From an uncultured Bacteroidales bacterium (GTDB lineage: Bacteria > Bacteroidota > Bacteroidia > Bacteroidales > UBA932): a stretch of DNA of 64,000 nucleotides. Where the stretch lies: assembly GCA_944323785.1 (NCBI GenBank), contig CALUTU010000005.1:39319-103318 (forward strand), given 5' to 3'. How positions within the stretch are numbered: position 1 is the stretch's first letter; every line of letters begins with the position of its first letter. The position numbers and the translations under genes were made by a program. Below the pieces are notes generated by a model that was not told the origin of the DNA, did not search any database, and saw nothing but the letters and a program-made list of their open reading frames with translations. Below, one piece after another: positions 46,800-55,091 of the stretch.

Positions 46800-47507
46800 A
46801 TGGGAAATACAGCATTTTTACTTTCCATGATGTCCGCCGCTGTCATGATAACAGCCGGCGGATATTCTGTATCAGCACAGGATTATGACAAATCGGGATT
46901 CTGTCCCATAACCAAGGGTATGACTCTGGAGTATGCCAATTATGACGCGGACGGACATAAGACCGGGTCTTATGTAATGACTGTCAAGGCCGTATCGGGC
47001 ACTTTGGAGAAGGGGACCGTGACTTTTGACCAGTATTTTTACGATGAGGACGGCCGACCGCTTTTCGATGACAACGGCGGCAATCTTCCGATGGAGGTCA
47101 CGGTCGGAGGCCCCGACGGCACTGTCTCGCGCATGAGCGACGTGGGGAAAGTAATGAAGGTGCAGGACATCATGTCCAAAGGAGATGCCAGCAGTGTGCC
47201 CTCGGGCCTGAAGGCCGGAATGACTATCCCTGATGGAAAGATAAAGGTCCAGATAGGCATGGTCTCCGCCAACATCCTTACTCAGAGCCGTCAGGTGGTG
47301 GAGCAGAAGAGCATCACCGTGCCGGCAGGAACATTCGACTGCTTCCTGCTCAAGGAGAATCAGGTGACAAAACAGCCCATAGGCTCCAGAACAGAGCGGA
47401 TAGAGACATGGTATGCTCCTGGCATCGGCTGTGTCAAGCAGGCAGTCTACGACAAGAAAGGACGTCTGGACCATACCCAGGAGCTGGTATCCCTCCAATT
47501 TGAATAA
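46800..47507 (+). CDS. Secreted hypothetical protein
   Basis: Start set at MGNTAFLLSMMSAAVMITAG (signal peptide). No recognised motif. Confidence 0.6.
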   Translation: MGNTAFLLSMMSAAVMITAGGYSVSAQDYDKSGFCPITKGMTLEYANYDADGHKTGSYVMTVKAVSGTLEKGTVTFDQYFYDEDGRPLFDDNGGNLPMEVTVGGPDGTVSRMSDVGKVMKVQDIMSKGDASSVPSGLKAGMTIPDGKIKVQIGMVSANILTQSRQVVEQKSITVPAGTFDCFLLKENQVTKQPIGSRTERIETWYAPGIGCVKQAVYDKKGRLDHTQELVSLQFE

Positions 47508-47521
47508 TTTTCCTGAAAAAT

Positions 47522-48445
47522 ATGAATACTATTGCCTGTAGGGACATCGTGAAAGTGTTCGGGACTTATACGGCCCTGAACCATGTCTCCATAGAAGTTC
47601 CGAAAGGAACTATCTTCGGTCTGCTCGGGCCCAACGGGGCAGGCAAGACCACTCTAATCAGAATCATCAACCAGATTACAGTGCCTAATTCCGGCATTGT
47701 GCTTTTCAATGACAATCCGGTAGTCCCCGATGATGTCTACCGCATCGGCTATCTTCCCGAGGAGCGCGGTCTCTATAAGAAGATGAAAGTCGGGGAGCAG
47801 GCCATGTATCTGGCCCGTCTAAAGGGACTTAGCCGTCAGCAGGCCATGACAGAACTGAAGAAGTGGTTCGTGAAGTTCGGCATCGAGAGCTGGTGGAACA
47901 AGAAAGTGGAGGAGCTGTCCAAGGGAATGGCCCAGAAAGTGCAGTTCATCACCACTGTTCTACACAGGCCGGAGCTGCTGATCCTGGACGAGCCGTTCTC
48001 AGGATTCGACCCGGTGAACGTGCAGCTTATCCGCAATGAGATCCTGCGTATGAAAGACGAGGGCACGACCATTATCCTCTCCACTCACAATATGGCGTCC
48101 GTAGAGGAGCTTTGCGACAATATCGCCCTCATCAACAAGTCCAATCTCGTGGTCACCGGAGGTGTGGAGCAGATCCGCCGCGACCACGGCAAGAGCCAGG
48201 TGGAAGTGCTTTACCGACCCTCCGGCGCATCAGTGGAGATGTCTGACCGGCAGGTTCTCAAGCTCGTCTCGGACGGAGCGCACAAGGATATCCGCAGGGC
48301 CGTATACGACGTGCCCAAAGGAACGCCTTCGGCTCAGATACTCTCGGAACTGGCCGGCAGCGGCATTGACGTGGTGTCCTACCGCGAGCTGATACCGAGC
48401 ATGAACGATATATTCATCCAATTAGTAAAAGGGGAGGGCAAGTAA
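47522..48445 (+). CDS. ABC transporter ATP-binding protein
   Basis: 307-aa ORF with Walker A GPNGAGKTT, signature LSKGMAQKV and Walker B LILDEP. Confidence 0.92.
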   Translation: MNTIACRDIVKVFGTYTALNHVSIEVPKGTIFGLLGPNGAGKTTLIRIINQITVPNSGIVLFNDNPVVPDDVYRIGYLPEERGLYKKMKVGEQAMYLARLKGLSRQQAMTELKKWFVKFGIESWWNKKVEELSKGMAQKVQFITTVLHRPELLILDEPFSGFDPVNVQLIRNEILRMKDEGTTIILSTHNMASVEELCDNIALINKSNLVVTGGVEQIRRDHGKSQVEVLYRPSGASVEMSDRQVLKLVSDGAHKDIRRAVYDVPKGTPSAQILSELAGSGIDVVSYRELIPSMNDIFIQLVKGEGK

Positions 48446-48446
48446 T

Positions 48447-49799
48447 ATGGACTTCAAGAAGATAAAACTCGTACTCGGACGTGAATTCTCCATCCGCGTC
48501 AAGAAGAAATCATTTATAATCACGACCATCGTCACCCCCATACTTTTCGCGGCCCTGATGATAGTGCCATCGCTCATAATGATGGCCGACCTGGACAAGG
48601 ATGTCAACAGGGTGATGGTGCTGGACGACTCAGGTGTTGTGGCCCAGGCACTGGAAAGCGGCGCGGAGATAGAGTATGTCATACCCGAGAACATAGACCT
48701 GGAGTTCGCCAAGAATCATCTGGACAGCCTGGGTGTATATGCCGTGATGTATGTCTCGCCTCTGGACACCGCCAACAACGTGACTGTGGATGCATACGCG
48801 GTCAAGCAGATCAACGCGAAAGTGAGCGACGCTATAAAGGCCGATGTCAACGATGTCATAGAGCGCTACAAGCTCCAGCAGTACAATATCGAGAATTACG
48901 ACCGGATACAGGCGGATCTCAATCACGAGGTGGACCTGAACACCTACATAGTCGGTGAGGACGGTCAGGAGCGGGAGTCCATACTCGGAATCAGCATGGC
49001 CATCTCCTTCATCATGGGCTTTATCATCTACATGTTCGTGACCATGTTCGGCAACATGGTCATGACCAGCGTCATCAACGAGAAGTCCAACAAGATAGTG
49101 GAGGTCATCGTCTCCTCCGTCAAGCCTTTCGACCTGATGATAGGCAAGATTCTCGGCGTGGCCAGCGTGGCCCTTACCCAGTTCTTCATCTGGGTGGTCC
49201 TGACCCTGGCCATCGTATTCGGCTTCCAGCTTGCCATGGGACCGGAACTGATGAGCGATCCCGAGGCCATGGAGCAGATGACCCAGATGGCCGGCATGGA
49301 CTCTGAGCAGATGGCACAGATAGCCTCCGCTTCCGACAGCGAGACCGCACAGGTGTTCACGGCACTCAAGGAGGTCAACTTCGGTCTCATCATCGGCTGC
49401 TTCCTGATATATTTCGTCCTCGGCTATCTTTTGTATGCCTCCCTTTTCGCCGCCATCGGCTCAGCCGTGGACAACGAGGCCGACACCCAGCAGCTGGTAC
49501 TGCCCGTGACCATTCCTCTTATTATCGGACTGCTGCTTATGCTTCAGACATTCCAGAATCCAGACGGTCAGCTGGCCTTCTGGGGCTCTATTATTCCATT
49601 CACCTCTCCGATGGTGATGCTGGCACGTGTGCCCTTCGAGGGCTGCGTGCAGACATGGGAGCTGCTGCTGTCCATCGGCCTGCTGCTGGTGACTTTCCTG
49701 ATTGCCGTGTATTTTTCCGGCAAGATATACCGTATCGGCATCCTGATGCACGGTACAAAGTACTCCTGGAAGGACATCTGGAAATGGCTTAAATATTAG
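48447..49799 (+). CDS. ABC-2 type transporter permease (NatB-like)
   Basis: 450-aa ORF with an N-terminal TM helix, a large extracytoplasmic loop and 5 C-terminal TM helices. Starts 2 nt after the ATPase gene. Confidence 0.85.
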   Translation: MDFKKIKLVLGREFSIRVKKKSFIITTIVTPILFAALMIVPSLIMMADLDKDVNRVMVLDDSGVVAQALESGAEIEYVIPENIDLEFAKNHLDSLGVYAVMYVSPLDTANNVTVDAYAVKQINAKVSDAIKADVNDVIERYKLQQYNIENYDRIQADLNHEVDLNTYIVGEDGQERESILGISMAISFIMGFIIYMFVTMFGNMVMTSVINEKSNKIVEVIVSSVKPFDLMIGKILGVASVALTQFFIWVVLTLAIVFGFQLAMGPELMSDPEAMEQMTQMAGMDSEQMAQIASASDSETAQVFTALKEVNFGLIIGCFLIYFVLGYLLYASLFAAIGSAVDNEADTQQLVLPVTIPLIIGLLLMLQTFQNPDGQLAFWGSIIPFTSPMVMLARVPFEGCVQTWELLLSIGLLLVTFLIAVYFSGKIYRIGILMHGTKYSWKDIWKWLKY

Positions 49800-49848
49800 T
49801 CTTGGTGTATTTTACCCACTCTGACGCAATTCTGAAATAGGTTTTGAT

Positions 49849-50592
49849 ATGCGAAAGTGCGTTATTTTAATTTTTGCAGTGCTTGTTGGCCAGATGCTGA
49901 GTGCTCAGGACTTTGAGTACAGCTGGCAGCGTGTCAGGATGGACTCCGCCTATGAGAGCGATACCGTCTATGGCGTGGACAGCATAGTCGCCGCACATCA
50001 GGAGCAGATGACTCCACTCATGGAAGTGGTGATATATTCCTCGGAGGAGATAAAGGAAGGTAGACCCGAGAGCGCCCTGTCCAATCTGGCTGCCGACATG
50101 CTGCTATATGCCGTTTCCGACCGTCTGAACAACGGCTATCCGTCCATGTCCCTTACCAATTTCGGCGGCATACGCAGTAATTTCCCCAAGGGAGCAGTCA
50201 GGGTGTATGACATATATTCCACTTTCCCGTTTGACAACACTGTCGTGGTCGCGGTAATGGAAGGAGAGGACATCCGCCGTATTCTGGAGCGTTTCGCTTC
50301 CGGTAAGTTCGAAGCTTTAGGCGGGGTGGAGATAGTAGTGCGTGACGGAGAACTGGAGAAATGCCTGATAGGCGGCCGGCCGTTGGAGGATGACGCTCTG
50401 TACAATCTGGTGACCATCGATTTTCTGCTGGACGGGGGAGACCGTTTCGATATCGGAGACGACGCCGTGTCCATAGACCGTACTGGCATCGTACTGCGGG
50501 ATGCCGCCGTACGGTATCTGCGTGACCTTTCCGAGTCAGGCATAGTCCTGGAGAACAAGGGTGACGGACGTGTAATCATAGAAAAGGACTGA
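49849..50592 (+). CDS. 5'-nucleotidase C-terminal (substrate-binding) domain protein
   Basis: 247-aa ORF with a signal peptide. UshA C-domain-like sequence (…NFGGIRSNFPKGAV…DFLLDGGDRF…). Confidence 0.8.
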   Translation: MRKCVILIFAVLVGQMLSAQDFEYSWQRVRMDSAYESDTVYGVDSIVAAHQEQMTPLMEVVIYSSEEIKEGRPESALSNLAADMLLYAVSDRLNNGYPSMSLTNFGGIRSNFPKGAVRVYDIYSTFPFDNTVVVAVMEGEDIRRILERFASGKFEALGGVEIVVRDGELEKCLIGGRPLEDDALYNLVTIDFLLDGGDRFDIGDDAVSIDRTGIVLRDAAVRYLRDLSESGIVLENKGDGRVIIEKD

Positions 50593-50596
50593 CATT

Positions 50597-51442
50597 ATGA
50601 AGATAAGAAGCAAATCCATATCGGCAGCGTTCGTGCTGCTTCTGCTTGTCTCCGTTCCCGCCCTTACGGCTCAGGATCTGGTGATACTCCATACCAATGA
50701 CACCCATTCCCAGATAGAGGAGATACGAGTCGGCCGTGGTGCGGGTGCAGGAGGCGTACACCGCCGCGCCGAGTATTTTCACCAGGTGATATCGCAGTAT
50801 GGCCGGGACCGCGTCCTGCTGCTTGATGCCGGAGACTACAACCAGGGCACACCGTATTTTACGGTCTTCAAGGGAGACCTGGAGATGGAACTGATGAATG
50901 CCCTCGGATACGAGGTAGTGGCCATCGGCAACCATGAGTTTGACAACGGAGTGAACGAGTTTGCCAGACGGCTTTCAAAGGCGGAGTTCCAGACAGTCTG
51001 CGCCAACTATGACTTCTCAGGTACTGCTCTGGAGCCTTATGTAAAACCGTATACTATCGTGTATAAGAACGGCCGCAAGATAGGCGTCTTCGGCCTGTTG
51101 GCCAACATTAAGTCGCTTGTTGCCAAACAGAACCGGGAAGGATTGGTCTATATTGACGCTTATGAGGCCGCTCAGAGATGGGCTGACTATCTCAAGAACG
51201 AGGAGCACTGCGACCTGGTAATCGCCCTGTCACATCTGGGTTATTCGGGCTATCCCAATCAGCGCACGGACATCAACCTGGCCAGGAACACCCGCAACAT
51301 AGACGTCATCATCGGCGGCCACAGTCACACATTCCTGAAATCCGAGAAGATCTACCCCAATCTAGACGGTGAGGACGTGATCATCGTCCAGGCCGGAGCT
51401 CAGGGCGAATACGTCGGCCGCCTCGACATCACATTCGACTGA
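50597..51442 (+). CDS. Metallophosphoesterase (5'-nucleotidase N-terminal catalytic domain)
   Basis: 281-aa ORF with a signal peptide. Motifs HTNDTHS, DAGD, GNHEFD and GGHSH. Confidence 0.85.
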   Translation: MKIRSKSISAAFVLLLLVSVPALTAQDLVILHTNDTHSQIEEIRVGRGAGAGGVHRRAEYFHQVISQYGRDRVLLLDAGDYNQGTPYFTVFKGDLEMELMNALGYEVVAIGNHEFDNGVNEFARRLSKAEFQTVCANYDFSGTALEPYVKPYTIVYKNGRKIGVFGLLANIKSLVAKQNREGLVYIDAYEAAQRWADYLKNEEHCDLVIALSHLGYSGYPNQRTDINLARNTRNIDVIIGGHSHTFLKSEKIYPNLDGEDVIIVQAGAQGEYVGRLDITFD

Positions 51443-51508
51443 CCCCCTCCACCCTCCTCACATCCCCTACCTCCCCCCACAGAAAGACTCACAGTCTCCA
51501 CCCCCGGT

Positions 51509-51553
51509 GGGGAAAGTGCCGGGAATTTCCGCGAAAACGGTGCACTTTCCCCC
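51509..51553. repeat. R1 45-nt hairpin, inverted copy
   Basis: GGGGAAAGTGCCGGGAATTTCCGCGAAAACGGTGCACTTTCCCCC. This is the reverse complement of the 37433 copy with 1 mismatch. Confidence 0.9.
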
Positions 51554-51564
51554 GTGTGGTGAAA

Positions 51565-51670
51565 ATGAAAATCCGGCAACGAGAAAAGACTAGCCGCCCT
51601 CGGCTCTAGAGGGAGGGGCCCGCCGCAAAGCGGTGGGAGGGCCTGGTCTTTTCGACTGCTGGATTTTCAT
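51565..51670. repeat. R2 long imperfect palindrome, inverted copy 3
   Basis: Reverse complement of the 36297-36404 family with a few substitutions. It is followed (51671-51722) by the inverted 'tail' homologous to 36247-36296. Confidence 0.9.
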
Positions 51671-51855
51671 TAAAATGGGCGCAGGTGTACCGGTGTGGCT
51701 GGATTTCGGTTCACCTGCGGTGTGCCTGTGGCGTGTGTTAATTCCAGACAGGGATAGGGCGTGTCCAGGGATCAGGAGGTTACGCTGCCAGTAGGCATAG
51801 TGTATGTACACGGCAGCAGATAAGAGGGCAGATACGCCTGAGCCGGAAGACCTGA

Positions 51856-53019
51856 CTAGGCGTAGTGTATGTCCACGACCTTGCCGATGGCCTTGAGACT
51901 GGACGCAAGACGCTCAATCAGTTTAAGCTTCAGTGTGGTGTCTATGGGCAGCCCCTCATGGGCCTTGTTGACACCCTGGCCTACGAAGAAGGTGATGTGG
52001 GTGGCATTCTCAAGCAGCATCTGAGCCAGGAGCGAGGCTCCGTCCTGTTTTGTGAACATCTTGGGGGTCAAATCATTGGGCGAAATGTACTTTTCAGTAA
52101 GCTCCAACAGGCGGCGCAGTGTTATCACTCCCTCGGTCGTCAGGTCTATCCCGTCGATGTGACCGATGGGCGGAACTTCCTTGTCAGGAAAGTCCAGGCT
52201 CGTCGTGACCTTCTTGCCCAGATAACGGGCGACAATCTGGGAGCTGGTGCCTCCGCAGACCACTTTCTTGCTGTCGCCCTCCATGAACTTGGCCACGTAG
52301 TAGTCGTCGTTCTCCTTGTTGACCGGCGGGCCCACCATCAGGTTGACGTGCAGGGCCTCGCGCATCTTCAGGGCAGCCACCGTGGTGTCATCGCCCGGCT
52401 TGTCCATGTACAGGTCATTGCAGGCGGCAGCCAGCAGCCAGGCCACGCAGCGGGCCGACATCTCCGGCCGGATATTGCGGTCCATATGCTCCATGATGTC
52501 CTTGCGGTCCCAGCCGAAATTGAGCACACGGCCTATACCGGCGTGTATCGTACCGTCCGACATCACCAGCACGATATCCCCGTCGCACAGATTGATTTCC
52601 GAATGATACACCTTCTTGCCCAGGACATCCAAAGGCTTGCGGTCAAAATCCACACAGTGTCCCTCATGGTAATATACTGCCTGAGGATTGTCGAATTCAA
52701 AAAGATATCCATGACCGGAAGCATCCACGTGTATGACAGAAAATGTCGAATACGCCACCCCACGCACCTTGCACACCGGCAAAGTCTGGATCATGGTCTC
52801 GATGCAGTCCTCGATGGGGATGTTGTTGGCCACCATCGTACACAGTATCTTCGAGGAAAGCGTAGACAGAATGTTGGCCTTTACGCCGCTGCCCAGCCCG
52901 TCAGCCAGCACCAGGGTCGTATAGCCGTCCACAGTGACGCTCTCCACCTTGTCTCCGCAGAGCTCTTCCCCGAACTTGTTCAGGGACACATAGCCGTACT
53001 CTATAAACAACTCTTTCAT
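51856..53019 (-). CDS. SpoIIE/PP2C-family serine phosphatase
   Basis: 387-aa ORF. N-terminal PP2C-like core has GDKVESV...LVLADGLGSGVKANILS and ...MSDGTIHAG. The longer antisense ORF (51865-53073) is H/L/V/G-rich junk. Confidence 0.85.
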   Translation of the reverse strand: MKELFIEYGYVSLNKFGEELCGDKVESVTVDGYTTLVLADGLGSGVKANILSTLSSKILCTMVANNIPIEDCIETMIQTLPVCKVRGVAYSTFSVIHVDASGHGYLFEFDNPQAVYYHEGHCVDFDRKPLDVLGKKVYHSEINLCDGDIVLVMSDGTIHAGIGRVLNFGWDRKDIMEHMDRNIRPEMSARCVAWLLAAACNDLYMDKPGDDTTVAALKMREALHVNLMVGPPVNKENDDYYVAKFMEGDSKKVVCGGTSSQIVARYLGKKVTTSLDFPDKEVPPIGHIDGIDLTTEGVITLRRLLELTEKYISPNDLTPKMFTKQDGASLLAQMLLENATHITFFVGQGVNKAHEGLPIDTTLKLKLIERLASSLKAIGKVVDIHYA

Positions 53020-53029
53020 AGGCCGCGGA

Positions 53030-54784
53030 TTATGACTTTTCTGAGCGTTCCCTCTCCTCTTCCTCCTGCATGAGAGTCTTCTTCAGTTTCAGCAAGGCGA
53101 CTTTCGTCTCGGCCGTGGTCTCACCGAGAAGCGAGGCTATCTCCTGCGCCACTCTCATCTGCTTCTTGATTACATCATCTGTAGTGGCCAAAGTCTCCAT
53201 CCTCATCTTTCCGAACTTCTCGTTGTAGTGAACCTCGTCAGTGATATCCTTGAGGATGCCGAACAGCGCATGGTTCCCTTTCAGGATGCTGATGGACATC
53301 TCTATGTGGCGTTTCGTCTCAGCCACGTATATCTTCTTGCGCACGTACTGGCGGCCGGAATTCTGAGCGATAAGGAACTCGGTAGGGTTGAAAAAGTCTA
53401 TGGCCGGAAGCCCCTTGAGATTGACAGCAGTAATGCCCAGCAGTTCCTTGGCCTTACTGTTGATATCCACCACATTCATATCACTGTCCAGCACCACGAT
53501 GCCCTCCGGACTGTTATGGATGATCTCATAGGACATGGACTCGGCCCTCTCACGCATATACGGCAGACAGATGTCTATGTCCGCATAACCGTTGAACACA
53601 GCCCAGGCCTTCTCCCTGCAGGTAGGATAACCGCAAGAGCCGCAGTTGAGCTCATCCTCCGGCTTGAACTTGCCGGTACGGTGGAGAATCTCCTCTATCT
53701 GCTCCTGCGTAGGAGTCATGCTCCTGCCCTCTATCCTGGGATAGGCCGCCGAGATATCCACATCGTAAGACCTGTCCCCCTCCTGCTCACGCGGCAGCGC
53801 GGCACACTCCTCCCTGACATACCTCTTCACCTCTACTGCCGCCCGGACCTCCTCTCCGTCATCCACCATGCTGCACGGTCCGCTCACACAGGCATTCTCG
53901 CACATATTCATCTCAAAGAACACCCCGGTGACCTTGTCGATGTTCTCCAGCGTGTTCACACAGTTCTGCGGCCCGTCCACCGCGACGTAATCGTATCCCG
54001 ACGGGCGGCTCTCGAACGAATGGATGATGCCGCGGCGTATCGGATAGGACTTGCTCCTGTTGGCTACCCCGTCACCGGTAATACCCGTGCATGAGAATGC
54101 CTCGAACTCGTCCACCGCATCCGGCAGAGGGAATGTCACGCCCCGCTCAATCATAAAGCGCCGCAGGTCTTCGAAAGTCAGCACACCGCTGATAAGACCG
54201 CTTTCACGGGCTTCGCGCTTCTTCGCTATACACGGCCCGATGAAAACCACCTTGCATCCTGGAAAACGCTGCCGGAGTATCTTCGCATGGGCGATCATAG
54301 GAGAATCCACCGGAGCCAGATACTTCAAGGCATTGGGATGATACTCCTGTATAAGACGGCACAAAGCCGGACAGGCGGAGGTAATGAAGTTGGGGAAATC
54401 CCCTGAAGCCATGCACCTGGCATACTCCTTCGTCACCGCATTTGCCCCCACCGCCGTCTCCTCCGCATACGCGAAACCCAGCTTGTACAGGACCGTCTCC
54501 ATCTGGGCGAAATTCTTCAGGCGGAAAGACGATATGAACGAAGGCGCCACGCTGGCCACGACCTTGTCATTGTCCAGAAGCAGACTGTCCACCTCGTCCT
54601 TCTCACTGTGAACAATCTTGGCGTTCTGAGGGCATACTACTGTGCAGCGACCGCAGAGGATACACCGTTCCTTGATGATCTGCGCCTGATGGTTCTTGAC
54701 TTCAATCGCCTTTACAGGACACTCTCTCAAGCATTTATAACAATCCTTGCAACGGGCTTTCTTAAACTCGAGGTACTCTTTCAT
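53030..54784 (-). CDS. Sensory-type [FeFe]-hydrogenase-like protein (2x[4Fe-4S] + H-cluster domain + Cys4 + PAS)
   Basis: 584-aa ORF. Ferredoxin motifs CKDCYKCLRECP and CILCGRCTVVCP. H-domain motifs TSACP, GPCIAKKRE and MCENACVSGP. Extra Cys cluster CGSCGYPTC...C. C-terminal PAS (SPEGIVVLDSDMNVVDINSKAKELLG). Confidence 0.85.
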   Translation of the reverse strand: MKEYLEFKKARCKDCYKCLRECPVKAIEVKNHQAQIIKERCILCGRCTVVCPQNAKIVHSEKDEVDSLLLDNDKVVASVAPSFISSFRLKNFAQMETVLYKLGFAYAEETAVGANAVTKEYARCMASGDFPNFITSACPALCRLIQEYHPNALKYLAPVDSPMIAHAKILRQRFPGCKVVFIGPCIAKKREARESGLISGVLTFEDLRRFMIERGVTFPLPDAVDEFEAFSCTGITGDGVANRSKSYPIRRGIIHSFESRPSGYDYVAVDGPQNCVNTLENIDKVTGVFFEMNMCENACVSGPCSMVDDGEEVRAAVEVKRYVREECAALPREQEGDRSYDVDISAAYPRIEGRSMTPTQEQIEEILHRTGKFKPEDELNCGSCGYPTCREKAWAVFNGYADIDICLPYMRERAESMSYEIIHNSPEGIVVLDSDMNVVDINSKAKELLGITAVNLKGLPAIDFFNPTEFLIAQNSGRQYVRKKIYVAETKRHIEMSISILKGNHALFGILKDITDEVHYNEKFGKMRMETLATTDDVIKKQMRVAQEIASLLGETTAETKVALLKLKKTLMQEEEERERSEKS

Positions 54785-54806
54785 AAGTCTGGTTTATGTT
54801 GTCACA

Positions 54807-55091
54807 TCACTTTTCAGGAGCAGGAAGTCCCAGTTTGGGATACACCTCGCTGAGGAACTTCTGCTCCACATTGTCCTTGTTGACTCCCCTTATAAACACG
54901 TCCTCGGAACCGTCCAGAGACTCCTCGGCACGCATCACCACTCCGTCCGCGCACTGTCCGAAACAGAAACTTGCCTGAAGCTCCACCAGTTCCTCCACAT
55001 CGTACTTCTTGAGGATATCCCTCATACCCTGCACCACATCGTAGGAGCCCTTCAGATGGCATGAGCTGCCTATGCATATCTTCACTATCAT
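54807..55091 (-). CDS. Thioredoxin-like [2Fe-2S] ferredoxin domain protein (NuoE/HydC-like)
   Basis: 94-aa ORF with a Cx4C...Cx3C pattern (CIGSSC ... CFGQC). ATGA overlap with the pepP stop. Confidence 0.75.
   Translation of the reverse strand: MIVKICIGSSCHLKGSYDVVQGMRDILKKYDVEELVELQASFCFGQCADGVVMRAEESLDGSEDVFIRGVNKDNVEQKFLSEVYPKLGLPAPEK

Noticed and set aside
51865-53073. 402-aa plus-strand ORF, longer than the 387-aa minus-strand ORF it overlaps.
   Set aside because: The minus-strand product has clear SpoIIE/PP2C motifs. The plus-strand product is H/L/V/G/R-rich with no motifs, the usual antisense shadow of a GC-rich gene. The same reasoning applies to 5130-6233, 14937-16037, 35387-36166, 56866-58473, 59196-60239, 62941-63774, 39523-40401 and other antisense ORFs in the track.
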